Notes: generated by a model not told the origin, from the letters alone. A DNA stretch of 64,000 bases from an uncultured bacterium (GCA_903872035.1 CAIQIZ010000022.1:5156-69155); one strand, 5' to 3'. Positions 1 to 9,192 are shown, numbered from the stretch's first letter. Program-made: numbers and translations.

Positions 1-80
1 TAGAATATACACAGCACTCTGAAATACTCGAAGTGCAAAACGTGGCTAATTACCCCGTAGAAAGTGAAAAAATAGTATGA
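1..80 (+). CDS. 3' end of an upstream gene (partial), stop overlapping the radical SAM start (ATGA)
   Basis: Open frame from position 3 (EYTQHSEILEVQNVANYPVESEKIV*) ends at TGA 78-80, overlapping ATG 77. Confidence 0.5.
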   Translation, partial: EYTQHSEILEVQNVANYPVESEKIV

Positions 81-1162
81 ATAGACTCCTAGCTCCGTTG
101 GACGTTCAGTTAGAAGTAACTGAGCGTTGTAATCAGAATTGTAAACATTGTTACAACTACTGGCGCCATGAACTACTCCAGCCCGTAGGCGAACTGGAAT
201 CAGCGGGATTCATGTCGGTCATCGAGCAAGCATCAGCAGCAAATGTTGGAACGATCACTTTTACAGGCGGCGAACCCTTGCTCCGTAGATCCATAGTACT
301 TGATCTAATTGCATGCGCGCATTCAAATGGTATAGAGACTGGCTTGAATAGCAATGCGACACTCATTGATCTCTGTACGGCCAAAGATTTGGCTGAATCC
401 GGACTTGACCACGCTCTCATCTCGTTACTGGGACCCAGAGATATCCATAATGATATCGGTGGTGGAGCTTGCGATTTCGATCTGACCCTATCAGGTATGC
501 GGAATCTCAAGGAATCAGGAATATCCACTTCTGTGAATATGGTGGTGTCGAAATTAAGTCTCGCGTATTTGCGACGAACGGCGCTTATCGCCAAGGAAAT
601 CGGTGCGGATACGTTCTGTGCCGGTCCGATGATACCGTCATGTCGCCAGAATATCCCTCTATGCCTTTCACCTTCGGAATGTATTCAGTGCCTGCGTGAA
701 CTGATCGCCGTCGGTAAGGAATTAGACATGAGGGTCGATGTTCTCGAGCCTCTGCCCCGTTGCATATTTAGCGCCGATAATGAAGCGGAATTCATGGGGC
801 TGTTTGGAAACAGAATCTGTTCTGCGGCTGTTTCCTCTTGCGCCATCTCAGCATCAGGGATCATGAGACCATGCATACATTCGGACGTCTGCTATGGCAG
901 CGTTCTTCCAGACAAGTTTGTCGTGGTCTGGGCCGCAATGTCGGAGTGGTCCTCGCCGGAAATCTTTCCGCCAGAATGTCGTAAATGCAATGCCTTAATG
1001 GTTTGTGAAGCAGGATGTCGAATGTCTGCAAAGGTTTGTTCGGGTAGCTACGGTGGTAAAGACCTGTATATGACCGAACCTATCATGGATGTCGCTAGGG
1101 CTTCTCTCCGACGCGATCGCCCACTTGTCATAACGATCGGTCCTGATGACCGCAATAGCTAA
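77..1162 (+). CDS. Radical SAM protein with SPASM/twitch domain; C-terminus probably truncated by the IS
   Basis: CxxxCxxC (CNQNCKHC), GGEP motif and SPASM cysteines (CSAA...MRPC...CRKC...CEAGC). The stop codon lies inside the IS left inverted repeat. Confidence 0.9.
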   Translation: MNRLLAPLDVQLEVTERCNQNCKHCYNYWRHELLQPVGELESAGFMSVIEQASAANVGTITFTGGEPLLRRSIVLDLIACAHSNGIETGLNSNATLIDLCTAKDLAESGLDHALISLLGPRDIHNDIGGGACDFDLTLSGMRNLKESGISTSVNMVVSKLSLAYLRRTALIAKEIGADTFCAGPMIPSCRQNIPLCLSPSECIQCLRELIAVGKELDMRVDVLEPLPRCIFSADNEAEFMGLFGNRICSAAVSSCAISASGIMRPCIHSDVCYGSVLPDKFVVVWAAMSEWSSPEIFPPECRKCNALMVCEAGCRMSAKVCSGSYGGKDLYMTEPIMDVARASLRRDRPLVITIGPDDRNS

Positions 1163-2452
1163 TAATAAACTGCAACCATAGTCCGTTAGGATTTTTCTCC
1201 TGATTTTTCAGGATTTTGGCTTCCGTGTTTCCTCTGCACATCATACAGCACGGCTCGAAGCCTCTCAATCTCTTTTAGTAAAACTGCCGGATTAAGTGTC
1301 GCGTGTTCCTTACGTAGTTTTTCTTTAACTTCCTCGGAAATCTTCGGGTGTTCCAACACTCGTTGGTATGGGGTCTTGGGAACTTTTTCGTATACTTTTT
1401 TGTACTTCGATCCGATCCTCACCTTCTCAATGCATTTTCTTGAAGGAATGAAATGATTCAGGTATGGGCAAAGCACCGCATACAAATTGTTCAAAGCGGG
1501 AACTGCTTCTTTGCAATCCAGTCGAATATATCCAACGTATTTTCTGACAATGTGGCCGTTTCTTTCTTCAACATACGCATTGTCATTCTTGTGATTCGGT
1601 CTACTTCTGGTCATCTTAATATCATTGGTATCACAATATCTTTTGCAAAGCCAGTTGATGAATTCGCTACCAGTATCAGGGTGAATTGAACACAGCGAGA
1701 AAGGAAGGCTACCCTTGATATTTATGAGGCTTGCTACAGTCGCTTCTTGGCCTTTGTTCCACTGTGCCCGAGCAATGTCCCACAAGACTGGAATATCAAT
1801 GTAATTAAGGGTATATACGAAGTCTCCGAGCAATGTAGAACCGCAATGTGCTACGGTATCGATCTGACCGCTTCCTGGCAATTTATTTTCCCACGGTCCG
1901 GTGAAGACCGGAATGATGTGCTTCAAATTCGATGGTGAAGTGAGTGAGAATCCACGACCTTTTCTTCGTGCCTTCAAAAACTCACCAACCCTTGCTTTCA
2001 TCGTGGCCATACTCATGGCCAAGAGTTTGCCAGTGGCTTCATCCGAATTTTCCCACATCTTTGCACGTCGGAGGATGTTCACGTATTCGCTTACCATCGG
2101 AAAAAGCAATTCGCCACATAGCTCGTTACCGGCTTCCCAGACATCTTTCAAGGCGGCGACCACATCGGATGTGTAATACACCTTCCGGCCCCTTGATTCT
2201 GCGGCGCAAGGATCTTTTCCTTGGAGATTGCTAAACTTGCGGATCGCGGCTTTACGATTCATACGCACCGCTTCACAGACTAGATCGAGTATTCTAGTCA
2301 AAATTGACCTTTTTCGATCAGCTCTGGCTTTGAAGTATTCATCCTTGTAGCGCTCAAATATTTGATTTTTTGTTTCCATGTTCATATGGAAACTACGGTA
2401 ACCTATTTATTAGCTATCCACTCGGATTATGGTTGCATTTATTTTTAGCTAT
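1155..2452. mobile_element. Insertion sequence with DDE (rve-type) transposase, IS481/ISNCY-like
   Basis: Imperfect ~30 bp terminal inverted repeats: ATAGCTAATAATAAACTGCAACCATAGTCCG (1155-1185) versus the reverse complement of 2423-2452. A partial internal copy lies near 2404-2417. No clear target-site duplication seen. Confidence 0.8.
1186..2385 (-). CDS. DDE transposase (integrase core domain)
   Basis: QIDTVAH...HPDTGSEFIN...RSRPNHKNDNAYVEERNG catalytic motifs. Confidence 0.9.
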   Translation of the reverse strand: MNMETKNQIFERYKDEYFKARADRKRSILTRILDLVCEAVRMNRKAAIRKFSNLQGKDPCAAESRGRKVYYTSDVVAALKDVWEAGNELCGELLFPMVSEYVNILRRAKMWENSDEATGKLLAMSMATMKARVGEFLKARRKGRGFSLTSPSNLKHIIPVFTGPWENKLPGSGQIDTVAHCGSTLLGDFVYTLNYIDIPVLWDIARAQWNKGQEATVASLINIKGSLPFSLCSIHPDTGSEFINWLCKRYCDTNDIKMTRSRPNHKNDNAYVEERNGHIVRKYVGYIRLDCKEAVPALNNLYAVLCPYLNHFIPSRKCIEKVRIGSKYKKVYEKVPKTPYQRVLEHPKISEEVKEKLRKEHATLNPAVLLKEIERLRAVLYDVQRKHGSQNPEKSGEKS

Positions 2453-2488
2453 ATCGCCGTCTTTACCGATTTTATTTATAATTATATA

Positions 2489-3169
2489 ATGACCCCAATG
2501 AACTCAATCATCGTAAATTGGTCAGGAGAAGACAAAAAGGCGTTGGAATCCATAGCTTCTCGTATTTCGGCTGAATTGAATGATGTTCTCAAAATGGGGG
2601 ATCGTCCGCCTCTGACGATCACTATCCATGATTCGAGAGATAGCTATGAGAAGCGGCTCAATAAGAAGACAGAGACATGGGAAGTCGGCAACGCTTCACG
2701 TGATGGTCAGATTGATATCCTTCATCCCGATGCATTTGAAAAATATTCGACGCACAAGAAAGGTGAATTTTCATCGATCTTGAAACATGAAGTCGTTCAT
2801 GTTTATCTCAGAGCCCTGGCAGAGGATCACTATATACCGCATTGGCTCAATGAAGGTCTGGCGAATTATCTAACGCATCAGGAAGGTTCTCATGGCGAAC
2901 TCGCTCCGCTATTCATCGAATCGAATTTTACCACTAAACTCTCGTCTGGCTATGATTGGGATGCCAGAGTGAAGTACGGCGCCTATTTGCTAGCGCGTTT
3001 GTTCACAAAATACCTGATCGATAAGTTTACTTTTGATAAAGTCATAGAACTAGTCAAAGATCTCGATAAGAATTTTTATGAGCCGTCGTTCAGAACGAAA
3101 TTCCGAAATCATTTTAATGTAGATCTAAGTGAGGCTGAGAATAGCTTTGTGATGGAGATAAACAAGTAA
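2489..3169 (+). CDS. Zinc metallopeptidase, MA clan (gluzincin-like)
   Basis: HEVVH plus PHWLNEGLA. Start moved to ATG 2489 because the longer ORF begins inside the IS repeat, and TATAAT lies 6 nt upstream. Confidence 0.75.
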   Translation: MTPMNSIIVNWSGEDKKALESIASRISAELNDVLKMGDRPPLTITIHDSRDSYEKRLNKKTETWEVGNASRDGQIDILHPDAFEKYSTHKKGEFSSILKHEVVHVYLRALAEDHYIPHWLNEGLANYLTHQEGSHGELAPLFIESNFTTKLSSGYDWDARVKYGAYLLARLFTKYLIDKFTFDKVIELVKDLDKNFYEPSFRTKFRNHFNVDLSEAENSFVMEINK

Positions 3170-3259
3170 ATTCCTTTGAATATTCACTGAATAGTGCAAA
3201 CGGCGAAGAAGGTTTTTTACACTTTACGAATCACCTAAAGAATGGTATCGTTATCCCGT

Positions 3260-3394
3260 ATGACAACATACACCACAACTGCACAGTCCATGTATCCGAT
3301 CACCAATAAGCTTGTTGGTACCGGCGTTTTTGCCGATTGCCGCAACAGCTATATTTTGTGCAGCCGAGGTATGACTTTCTCTATTTCCATCTAA
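3260..3394 (+). CDS. Putative 44-aa leader peptide (MTTYTTTAQSMYPITNKLVGTGVFADCRNSYILCSRGMTFSISI)
   Basis: Translated by hand. It lies between a TGnTATCGT -10-like box and a terminator upstream of the GNAT gene. Confidence 0.45.
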   Translation: MTTYTTTAQSMYPITNKLVGTGVFADCRNSYILCSRGMTFSISI

Positions 3395-3422
3395 CAGAGT
3401 CCAATCATCTCATTCAAGGAAT

Positions 3423-3455
3423 ATCCCGGCTGAACGAAAGCCGGGATTTTGTTTT
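3423..3455 (+). terminator. Intrinsic terminator/attenuator upstream of the GNAT gene
   Basis: ATCCCGGCT...AGCCGGGAT stem followed by TTTGTTTT. Confidence 0.75.
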
Positions 3456-3524
3456 CCGTGCCAACAGACAGCCTTCGGATGATTCCGGAGCATAGTACAT
3501 TAACACCAAAATAGAATAGGATAT

Positions 3525-4139
3525 ATGAAAAAGAGCAAAACAGTTAGGATAATCAAGGGCAGTATAGGTATCATCGCCTTTCTCAAAGGCAAGAGAGTGA
3601 CTCTGCGGCCAGTCTCAGAAAAAGATATTCCACTTTTTCTGCGCTGGTTCAATGATCCGGAAGTCCGGCAATTCATTACGACAATATTCCCGGTCACGGA
3701 AGCCGGTGAACGTGAATGGGTAGAGGGCTTGACCAAGAAGTCGTCTACGGATGTCGTACTCGTGATCGAAGTCAAAGGAGTTCCGATAGGGACTATGGGA
3801 CTTCATCGCATCAATTGGCAGGATCGCACGGCTACGACAGGAGCGGTCATCGGAGATAAGAGATATTGGAACAAAGGTTATGGCACGGACGCCAAAATGG
3901 TCCTGCTCGACTATGCCTTCAACACTCTGAATCTCCGCAAGATCATGTCCACGGCCATTGCGTTCAATAGACGAAGTGTAGCTTATAGCCAGAAGTGTGG
4001 TTATAAAATTGAGGCCACGCTCTCGAGCCAGCATTTCAGGAATGGTCGTTATTGGGACGAGATCATTCTCGGCCTGTTCAAAGAGCAATGGCTTCCGTAC
4101 TGGCAGAAGTATTGCCAGAAAAGCGCCCGAAACTCATAA
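3525..4139 (+). CDS. GNAT N-acetyltransferase, RimJ/RimL family
   Basis: LRPVSEKD, YWNKGYGTDA, AFNTLNLRKI, GRYWDEIILGL motifs. Confidence 0.9.
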   Translation: MKKSKTVRIIKGSIGIIAFLKGKRVTLRPVSEKDIPLFLRWFNDPEVRQFITTIFPVTEAGEREWVEGLTKKSSTDVVLVIEVKGVPIGTMGLHRINWQDRTATTGAVIGDKRYWNKGYGTDAKMVLLDYAFNTLNLRKIMSTAIAFNRRSVAYSQKCGYKIEATLSSQHFRNGRYWDEIILGLFKEQWLPYWQKYCQKSARNS

Positions 4140-4162
4140 TGGTCAATGATGTGACATCGTAC

Positions 4163-4187
4163 AGCGGCAGGTAATACTGCCGCTTTT
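4163..4187. terminator. Terminator between convergent genes
   Basis: AGCGGCAG-gtaata-CTGCCGCT followed by TTT. Confidence 0.65.
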
Positions 4188-4199
4188 GTATTTGTCTAT

Positions 4200-4313
4200 T
4201 TACTCAAACCGCTTGGATATCCAAAAGATAACATAGAGCGCCAGCATAGTTTTCCAAGCAAGATAGATAAAGATCACCATGATCGCGCCCAAAACGAGAG
4301 CCAATGGGACCAT
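4200..4313 (-). CDS. 37-aa hydrophobic membrane peptide (MVPLALVLGAIMVIFIYLAWKTMLALYVIFWISKRFE)
   Basis: Translated by hand, below the ORF-track cutoff. Starts 14 nt after the kinase stop on the same strand. Confidence 0.55.
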   Translation of the reverse strand: MVPLALVLGAIMVIFIYLAWKTMLALYVIFWISKRFE

Positions 4314-4327
4314 TAATATAGTATTGG

Positions 4328-5995
4328 TCATATTGTAGAAATAGGTAGATTTATCATCACTCTCGCCCCTGCGTCTTTTCCATCCGACTCGATCCCAAAT
4401 GTTCCGTGATGCGCTTTTATGATCGCCTTGGCAACAGAAAGGCCGACGCCCATGCCGATCTTGTTAACCTTGCGCGCATTTTCGCCCCGGTAGAACAGGG
4501 TAGAACCGATCTTGGAGACTTCTTCCGAGGAAATGCCAATGCCAGAATTTTCTATGATCAAACTGAATCGACCATTGACTACCTGTGTGGAAATTTTGAT
4601 ATGACCACCGTCGTGATTGTAGGTGATAGCGTTTTCCATAATGATGAGCAAGATATCGCGCATTTTACCGAAGTCGATCATCAATTCTGGCCAAGCGGAT
4701 TCATCAGGCTGATAGCTGACCGTGATGTGTCTACGCTCAATTTCTGTTTTAAGCACAAGAAGGATCTCCTCGATCGCCGGTTTCAAGCTGTTACGCGAAG
4801 GGGTCAGGATGTTCTGTCCCGGCTTCATTGTTGTGATGTTCAGAAAATCGTCAATGATGTGGTTCAGCCGCGAGGTTGCTGTTTGAGCTTGGCCTGCGGC
4901 TACCTTCAGTTTCTGAGTGGTTTTGCCACAATCGCCATCTAGCATTGATCCAAGCTCTCGTTCTATGGTCGTGACCGGTGTGCGCAGGTGATGTTGGGTG
5001 ATCATGATGAACTGATTCTTGGCCTCATTCAACTTCTCCAGTTCCCGTCGCGCTTCTTTCTCCAAATCGTATGCTGTGCGTATCTCGTTCGTCTGTTCTG
5101 CCACCTTTTCGGCCAAATGCAGGTTGAGGTCTGCTAGCTGTTCCCGTTGCTTCGATTCGCGCAAAGTGCCGCGGACTAGGTAGATGGCCAGTATCAGAAA
5201 GACTATGAATGTCCCTACATCTTCCCATACACCCCACGGAGTATTGATGAATATGTTGATAAAGAAGATGGCCGTCATGGCTATGGCCAATACTTCGGTG
5301 ATGACCGCACGTACATCCATCTGGCGGTACTTTAGGATCGAGTAGGCGATGATGAAGACCCAGATGGCACTACTGATAGGCCCTAACCAGTTTAACGAGT
5401 AATATCCAAATGTCGGTAAAACGATGTTAACTAATGTTGGAGGGATAATTCCAAAAATCAGTGCCCATAACATTGTTTTCATGTTTGCCCTAAGCATTCC
5501 CGAAGATTTTGTTAATGTCCTGAAGATGTTCTTTATGGAGAGAAACCAAATTAAAATGAATATACAGTCAAAAAGTACATGTAGCGGACCAAAAGTCCAT
5601 GCCCATCGGCCGTTGCCGCCTATCTCATAGACGCCAGTGTTAAGATAAGCGGTAAATTCAAACAAATACGTGAATATCAGGACGATAAATATCGATAATG
5701 TAATCTTTGTTGATGATACAGGGGTGTCGTATGGGTAAATAACAGAGAATTGGTAGAATCCTAAAGCGATGATAATTCCGAGTATAGATTGAATTCTAAT
5801 GACCGAATCAGCAAGTAATGGAAGAGGCGTAATTATTAGAAAACCTTGAGATGCCACCCATATGGCTGTTATAAAAGTTAAAGCTGCAAATACCTTCGAT
5901 GACCGATTTTGACTCCCCATAAGTATTACAATGTCGAGACTACCTATTAGAATAGCGGTAACCCAAATTATGGAAGCAAAAATACTTATTTCCAT
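4328..5995 (-). CDS. Sensor histidine kinase with multi-TM (HisKA_7TM-like) N-terminal domain
   Basis: About 9 hydrophobic segments, H-box QHHLRTPVT, N-box ENAITY, G-boxes NSGIGI and GMGVGLS. Confidence 0.92.
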   Translation of the reverse strand: MEISIFASIIWVTAILIGSLDIVILMGSQNRSSKVFAALTFITAIWVASQGFLIITPLPLLADSVIRIQSILGIIIALGFYQFSVIYPYDTPVSSTKITLSIFIVLIFTYLFEFTAYLNTGVYEIGGNGRWAWTFGPLHVLFDCIFILIWFLSIKNIFRTLTKSSGMLRANMKTMLWALIFGIIPPTLVNIVLPTFGYYSLNWLGPISSAIWVFIIAYSILKYRQMDVRAVITEVLAIAMTAIFFINIFINTPWGVWEDVGTFIVFLILAIYLVRGTLRESKQREQLADLNLHLAEKVAEQTNEIRTAYDLEKEARRELEKLNEAKNQFIMITQHHLRTPVTTIERELGSMLDGDCGKTTQKLKVAAGQAQTATSRLNHIIDDFLNITTMKPGQNILTPSRNSLKPAIEEILLVLKTEIERRHITVSYQPDESAWPELMIDFGKMRDILLIIMENAITYNHDGGHIKISTQVVNGRFSLIIENSGIGISSEEVSKIGSTLFYRGENARKVNKIGMGVGLSVAKAIIKAHHGTFGIESDGKDAGARVMINLPISTI

Positions 5996-6047
5996 ATTAA
6001 CAATGAATATGCTTTGTAGTGCCGCAATAATAGCATTTATATAGTAG

Positions 6048-6839
6048 ATGTCACGGACAAAGAATGATATAATATTTGAAACTATCGTGAAAATACTTCG
6101 GAAATTGAAAATTTCTTCTACAGGTGTTCAGAAAACTATTTATTTTGGTATCGCGGATACAAAAGAAGAATTCAACGATGTGTACAGGTTAAGATACCAA
6201 GTTTATGTTAAACATGGATATATCGATGCGTCAAAATACGAGAACAATCTAGAAATTGATTCTAATGACACGTTGGGACTGTGTAAGTATTTTATTGCAA
6301 TTATTGACAATAAAATGATTGGCTGCATAAGACTTATCGTTAGCGATCCATTACCGACTGAAACGTATTTCGATTACTGTGAACCATCAGAAATCAAGTC
6401 GGTGCCTAGAAATGAAAGATGCGAGTTAGGGCGCTTTATAATCATTCCGCCAAATAGGGAAAAGGGTGAATACTTGCCAAGAGGACTAGTGATGTTGTTT
6501 TTGATAGATATTCTCAGCGCGTATGGACTACAGAATAAATTATTCGGCGGTTATTCGTTCATCAAGAAAAGCTTGGAAATTAAAATGGACAAAATGAAAA
6601 TGCCAATTCGCAGAATTGCAGATTTCAAAGAGAAATATCCTACTAATGGCGATCTTTATCGATATTTTTCTCAACCGGATGATGTTGTTGTTCCGGTATA
6701 TTTTCTCACGAAAGAATTTTACGAATTTTCACAGAGGCACATTCATAATAGTCTTATGTTCAAGAATGAGGGGGAGAACTGTCTCATTTTGCGAGAGAAT
6801 CTGTATACTAAATTTCTCCACTCTTTGAAGATACTATGA
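6048..6839 (+). CDS. GNAT-fold acyl synthase, FeeM-like N-acyl amino acid synthase / LuxI-like
   Basis: VYRLRYQVYVKHGY...EIDSND...IGCIRLI...LP...CELGRF pattern of acyl-ACP-dependent amide synthases. Confidence 0.7.
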   Translation: MSRTKNDIIFETIVKILRKLKISSTGVQKTIYFGIADTKEEFNDVYRLRYQVYVKHGYIDASKYENNLEIDSNDTLGLCKYFIAIIDNKMIGCIRLIVSDPLPTETYFDYCEPSEIKSVPRNERCELGRFIIIPPNREKGEYLPRGLVMLFLIDILSAYGLQNKLFGGYSFIKKSLEIKMDKMKMPIRRIADFKEKYPTNGDLYRYFSQPDDVVVPVYFLTKEFYEFSQRHIHNSLMFKNEGENCLILRENLYTKFLHSLKIL

Positions 6840-7549
6840 AAACGTTAGGATCTAATTTCTGGAAGAAATATTTTCAAGTATATGATGCTTTGAATGAGCT
6901 GATCCCGTATTCTGCATTACTAAGTACTATCGTTGAGATGCTTGACATACATGATGGGGATACAGTTTTAGATGCTGGATCGGGGACCGGCAATTTGTCC
7001 ATTCTCATAACTCAAGCTGGTGGGAAGGTTGTTGCCTTTGATTCGTCTCAAGAAGGTATGGCTCTTCATAGATGTAAACAACCGACGGCGATACTGATTA
7101 ATGGTGACTTGATGAATCCTCTACCATTCGATAATTCTTCTTTCAACAAGATTTGTTCAAATAATGTGATTTATACTATTCCCAAAAAATACCGGGAGTC
7201 GCTTTTTCGTGAGTTTTATCGAATATTAAGGCCCGGGGGTATCATCGTTGTGTCGAATATCCGTCGTAACTTTTCGCCGACTTCTATCTATGGTGATCAT
7301 GTTAGATCAAGTATCAGACTTTACGGGTTATGGCGAACCACGTGCAATGTGGTCAAGTTGCTGTTTCCAATAATTCGAATATTCTATTATAATTTACGAA
7401 TTCAAAGTGCGAATCATTTCCATTCATATTCATTTATTGATTCAGGTGAACAACACAGTATGTTAGAACTTGCCGGCTTTGCGGACATTTCTCAGGACTA
7501 CAAAGTATATTCAGATCAGGCGATATTAAATCGAGCAATAAAAAGATAG
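6836..7549 (+). CDS. Class I SAM-dependent methyltransferase
   Basis: VLDAGSGTG motif I, LPFDNSSF, RILRPGG. ATGA overlap with the upstream synthase. Confidence 0.9.
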   Translation: MKTLGSNFWKKYFQVYDALNELIPYSALLSTIVEMLDIHDGDTVLDAGSGTGNLSILITQAGGKVVAFDSSQEGMALHRCKQPTAILINGDLMNPLPFDNSSFNKICSNNVIYTIPKKYRESLFREFYRILRPGGIIVVSNIRRNFSPTSIYGDHVRSSIRLYGLWRTTCNVVKLLFPIIRIFYYNLRIQSANHFHSYSFIDSGEQHSMLELAGFADISQDYKVYSDQAILNRAIKR

Positions 7550-7554
7550 AATCC

Positions 7555-9159
7555 ATGGCAAATTTCAGTATCTCAATATTGTCCGTTGTAGTAGTTGCAA
7601 ACATAATTTTAGGCTTGGTTATTTTTTCGCGCGGATTAAGATCGTTTACCAATATTATTTTCGGACTCATTTCAATTGCGTCCGCACTCTGGGGCTTAGC
7701 GATTATAGGATTCTATAGTGATATCTACCATTTTACTTTGAATTGGGTTGTATTTACGCATTCACTAGCACTACTCATCCCATTTTTATTCCTATGCTTT
7801 TCATTGTATTTTCCCAAAAAACTTACATATAGTTCGGTGGTTATCGGTATCGCTACGATTCCGCTACTGATTTTTGAAGGGCTTATAGTATACGGCCATA
7901 CTGTCGTTGGTCTAACTCATAATGAGGTCTACGAACTTGGATTAATGTATCCTTACTTTTCAATCACTCTTGTGTCATTCTTCATAGCTGGATTTATATT
8001 TTCTTTTGTCCAATCAAAACGTGCGAAGGATTCCACTGAGAAGAAGCAAGCTGAGTATGTCCTTATCGGATCATTTATTGCATCAACATTGGCAATAATT
8101 CCTGACCTAATTTTGCCATATCTCCACATGTTTCAATATACATGGCTTGGTCCAATATTTACATTAATTATGGTTGTCTCTCTGTTCTTGGCTATGTTCA
8201 AATATCACTTGTTCAATGTAAAAGTCATTTTGACGGAAATTGTAAGTATTGTGATTGTGGTTGCGTTGCTTATCGAATTGCTAACCGCGCAAACTATTTC
8301 TGAAATAATACTAAAAGCGGTCGTTCTCGTAATTGTAACTATATTTGCCTATATTCTTATACTCGGTGTCTACCGCGAAATCGCACAACGCGAAAAGATC
8401 GAGCTTTTGGCGAAAGATCTACAAAAAGCCAATGATCGGTTGAAGGAATTGGATAAACAAAAGTCTGAATTCATCTCATTCGCATCGCACCAGCTGAGGG
8501 GACCGCTCACGGCCATGAAGGGTTACGGATCATTGCTGTTGGAAGGCGATATGGGAGCTCTCACGAAGGAGGCGCATGAGGGGGTGAGGAGGATATTCGA
8601 TTCGACCAACACCTTGGTACACATAGTTGACGATTATCTGAATATCAGCCGCATAGAATTGGGCACGATGAAATACATATTCGAGAAGATCGACCTTCGA
8701 GACCTGGTTGACGATGTGATCGCCGAATTGGCACCGACTATCAATAACGCGCCGATAAGCTTCGCCTTCGCACCAGAAGAGACGAGCAAAAAATATATGA
8801 TCTCGGCCGATCGCGACAAACTGAAACAGGTGATATCCAATTTGATAGACAATTCCTTGAAGTATACTCCATCAGGAAAGATTGGAGTGACGCTTTCCAC
8901 CGACAAGGTGAGTGGTAAGTACGTATTCAAGATCAAAGATACGGGCATAGGGATCTCTTCCGAGACTTTGCCCCATCTATTCCAGAAATTCAGTCGAGCT
9001 ACCAATGCCAATAAGACCAATATCAAGGGCACAGGCCTGGGTCTATTCGTGGCAAAGCAGATGGTCGAGGCCAATCACGGAACTATTCATGCCGAATCTG
9101 ATGGTGAAGGCAAAGGTTCGACATTCGTGGTGGAGCTGGAGCCGCTTGCGGAAATGTGA
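7555..9159 (+). CDS. Sensor histidine kinase with multi-TM (HisKA_7TM-like) N-terminal domain
   Basis: Hydrophobic N-terminal ~275 aa, H-box SHQLRGPLT, NLIDNSLKYT, DTGIGI, GTGLGL. Confidence 0.95.
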   Translation: MANFSISILSVVVVANIILGLVIFSRGLRSFTNIIFGLISIASALWGLAIIGFYSDIYHFTLNWVVFTHSLALLIPFLFLCFSLYFPKKLTYSSVVIGIATIPLLIFEGLIVYGHTVVGLTHNEVYELGLMYPYFSITLVSFFIAGFIFSFVQSKRAKDSTEKKQAEYVLIGSFIASTLAIIPDLILPYLHMFQYTWLGPIFTLIMVVSLFLAMFKYHLFNVKVILTEIVSIVIVVALLIELLTAQTISEIILKAVVLVIVTIFAYILILGVYREIAQREKIELLAKDLQKANDRLKELDKQKSEFISFASHQLRGPLTAMKGYGSLLLEGDMGALTKEAHEGVRRIFDSTNTLVHIVDDYLNISRIELGTMKYIFEKIDLRDLVDDVIAELAPTINNAPISFAFAPEETSKKYMISADRDKLKQVISNLIDNSLKYTPSGKIGVTLSTDKVSGKYVFKIKDTGIGISSETLPHLFQKFSRATNANKTNIKGTGLGLFVAKQMVEANHGTIHAESDGEGKGSTFVVELEPLAEM

Positions 9160-9192
9160 TGTTATAGTACGATGCTCGCGTCATCGACGAAT

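Noticed and set aside
2429-2488. Longer start for the MA peptidase
   Set aside because: It begins inside the IS inverted repeat.
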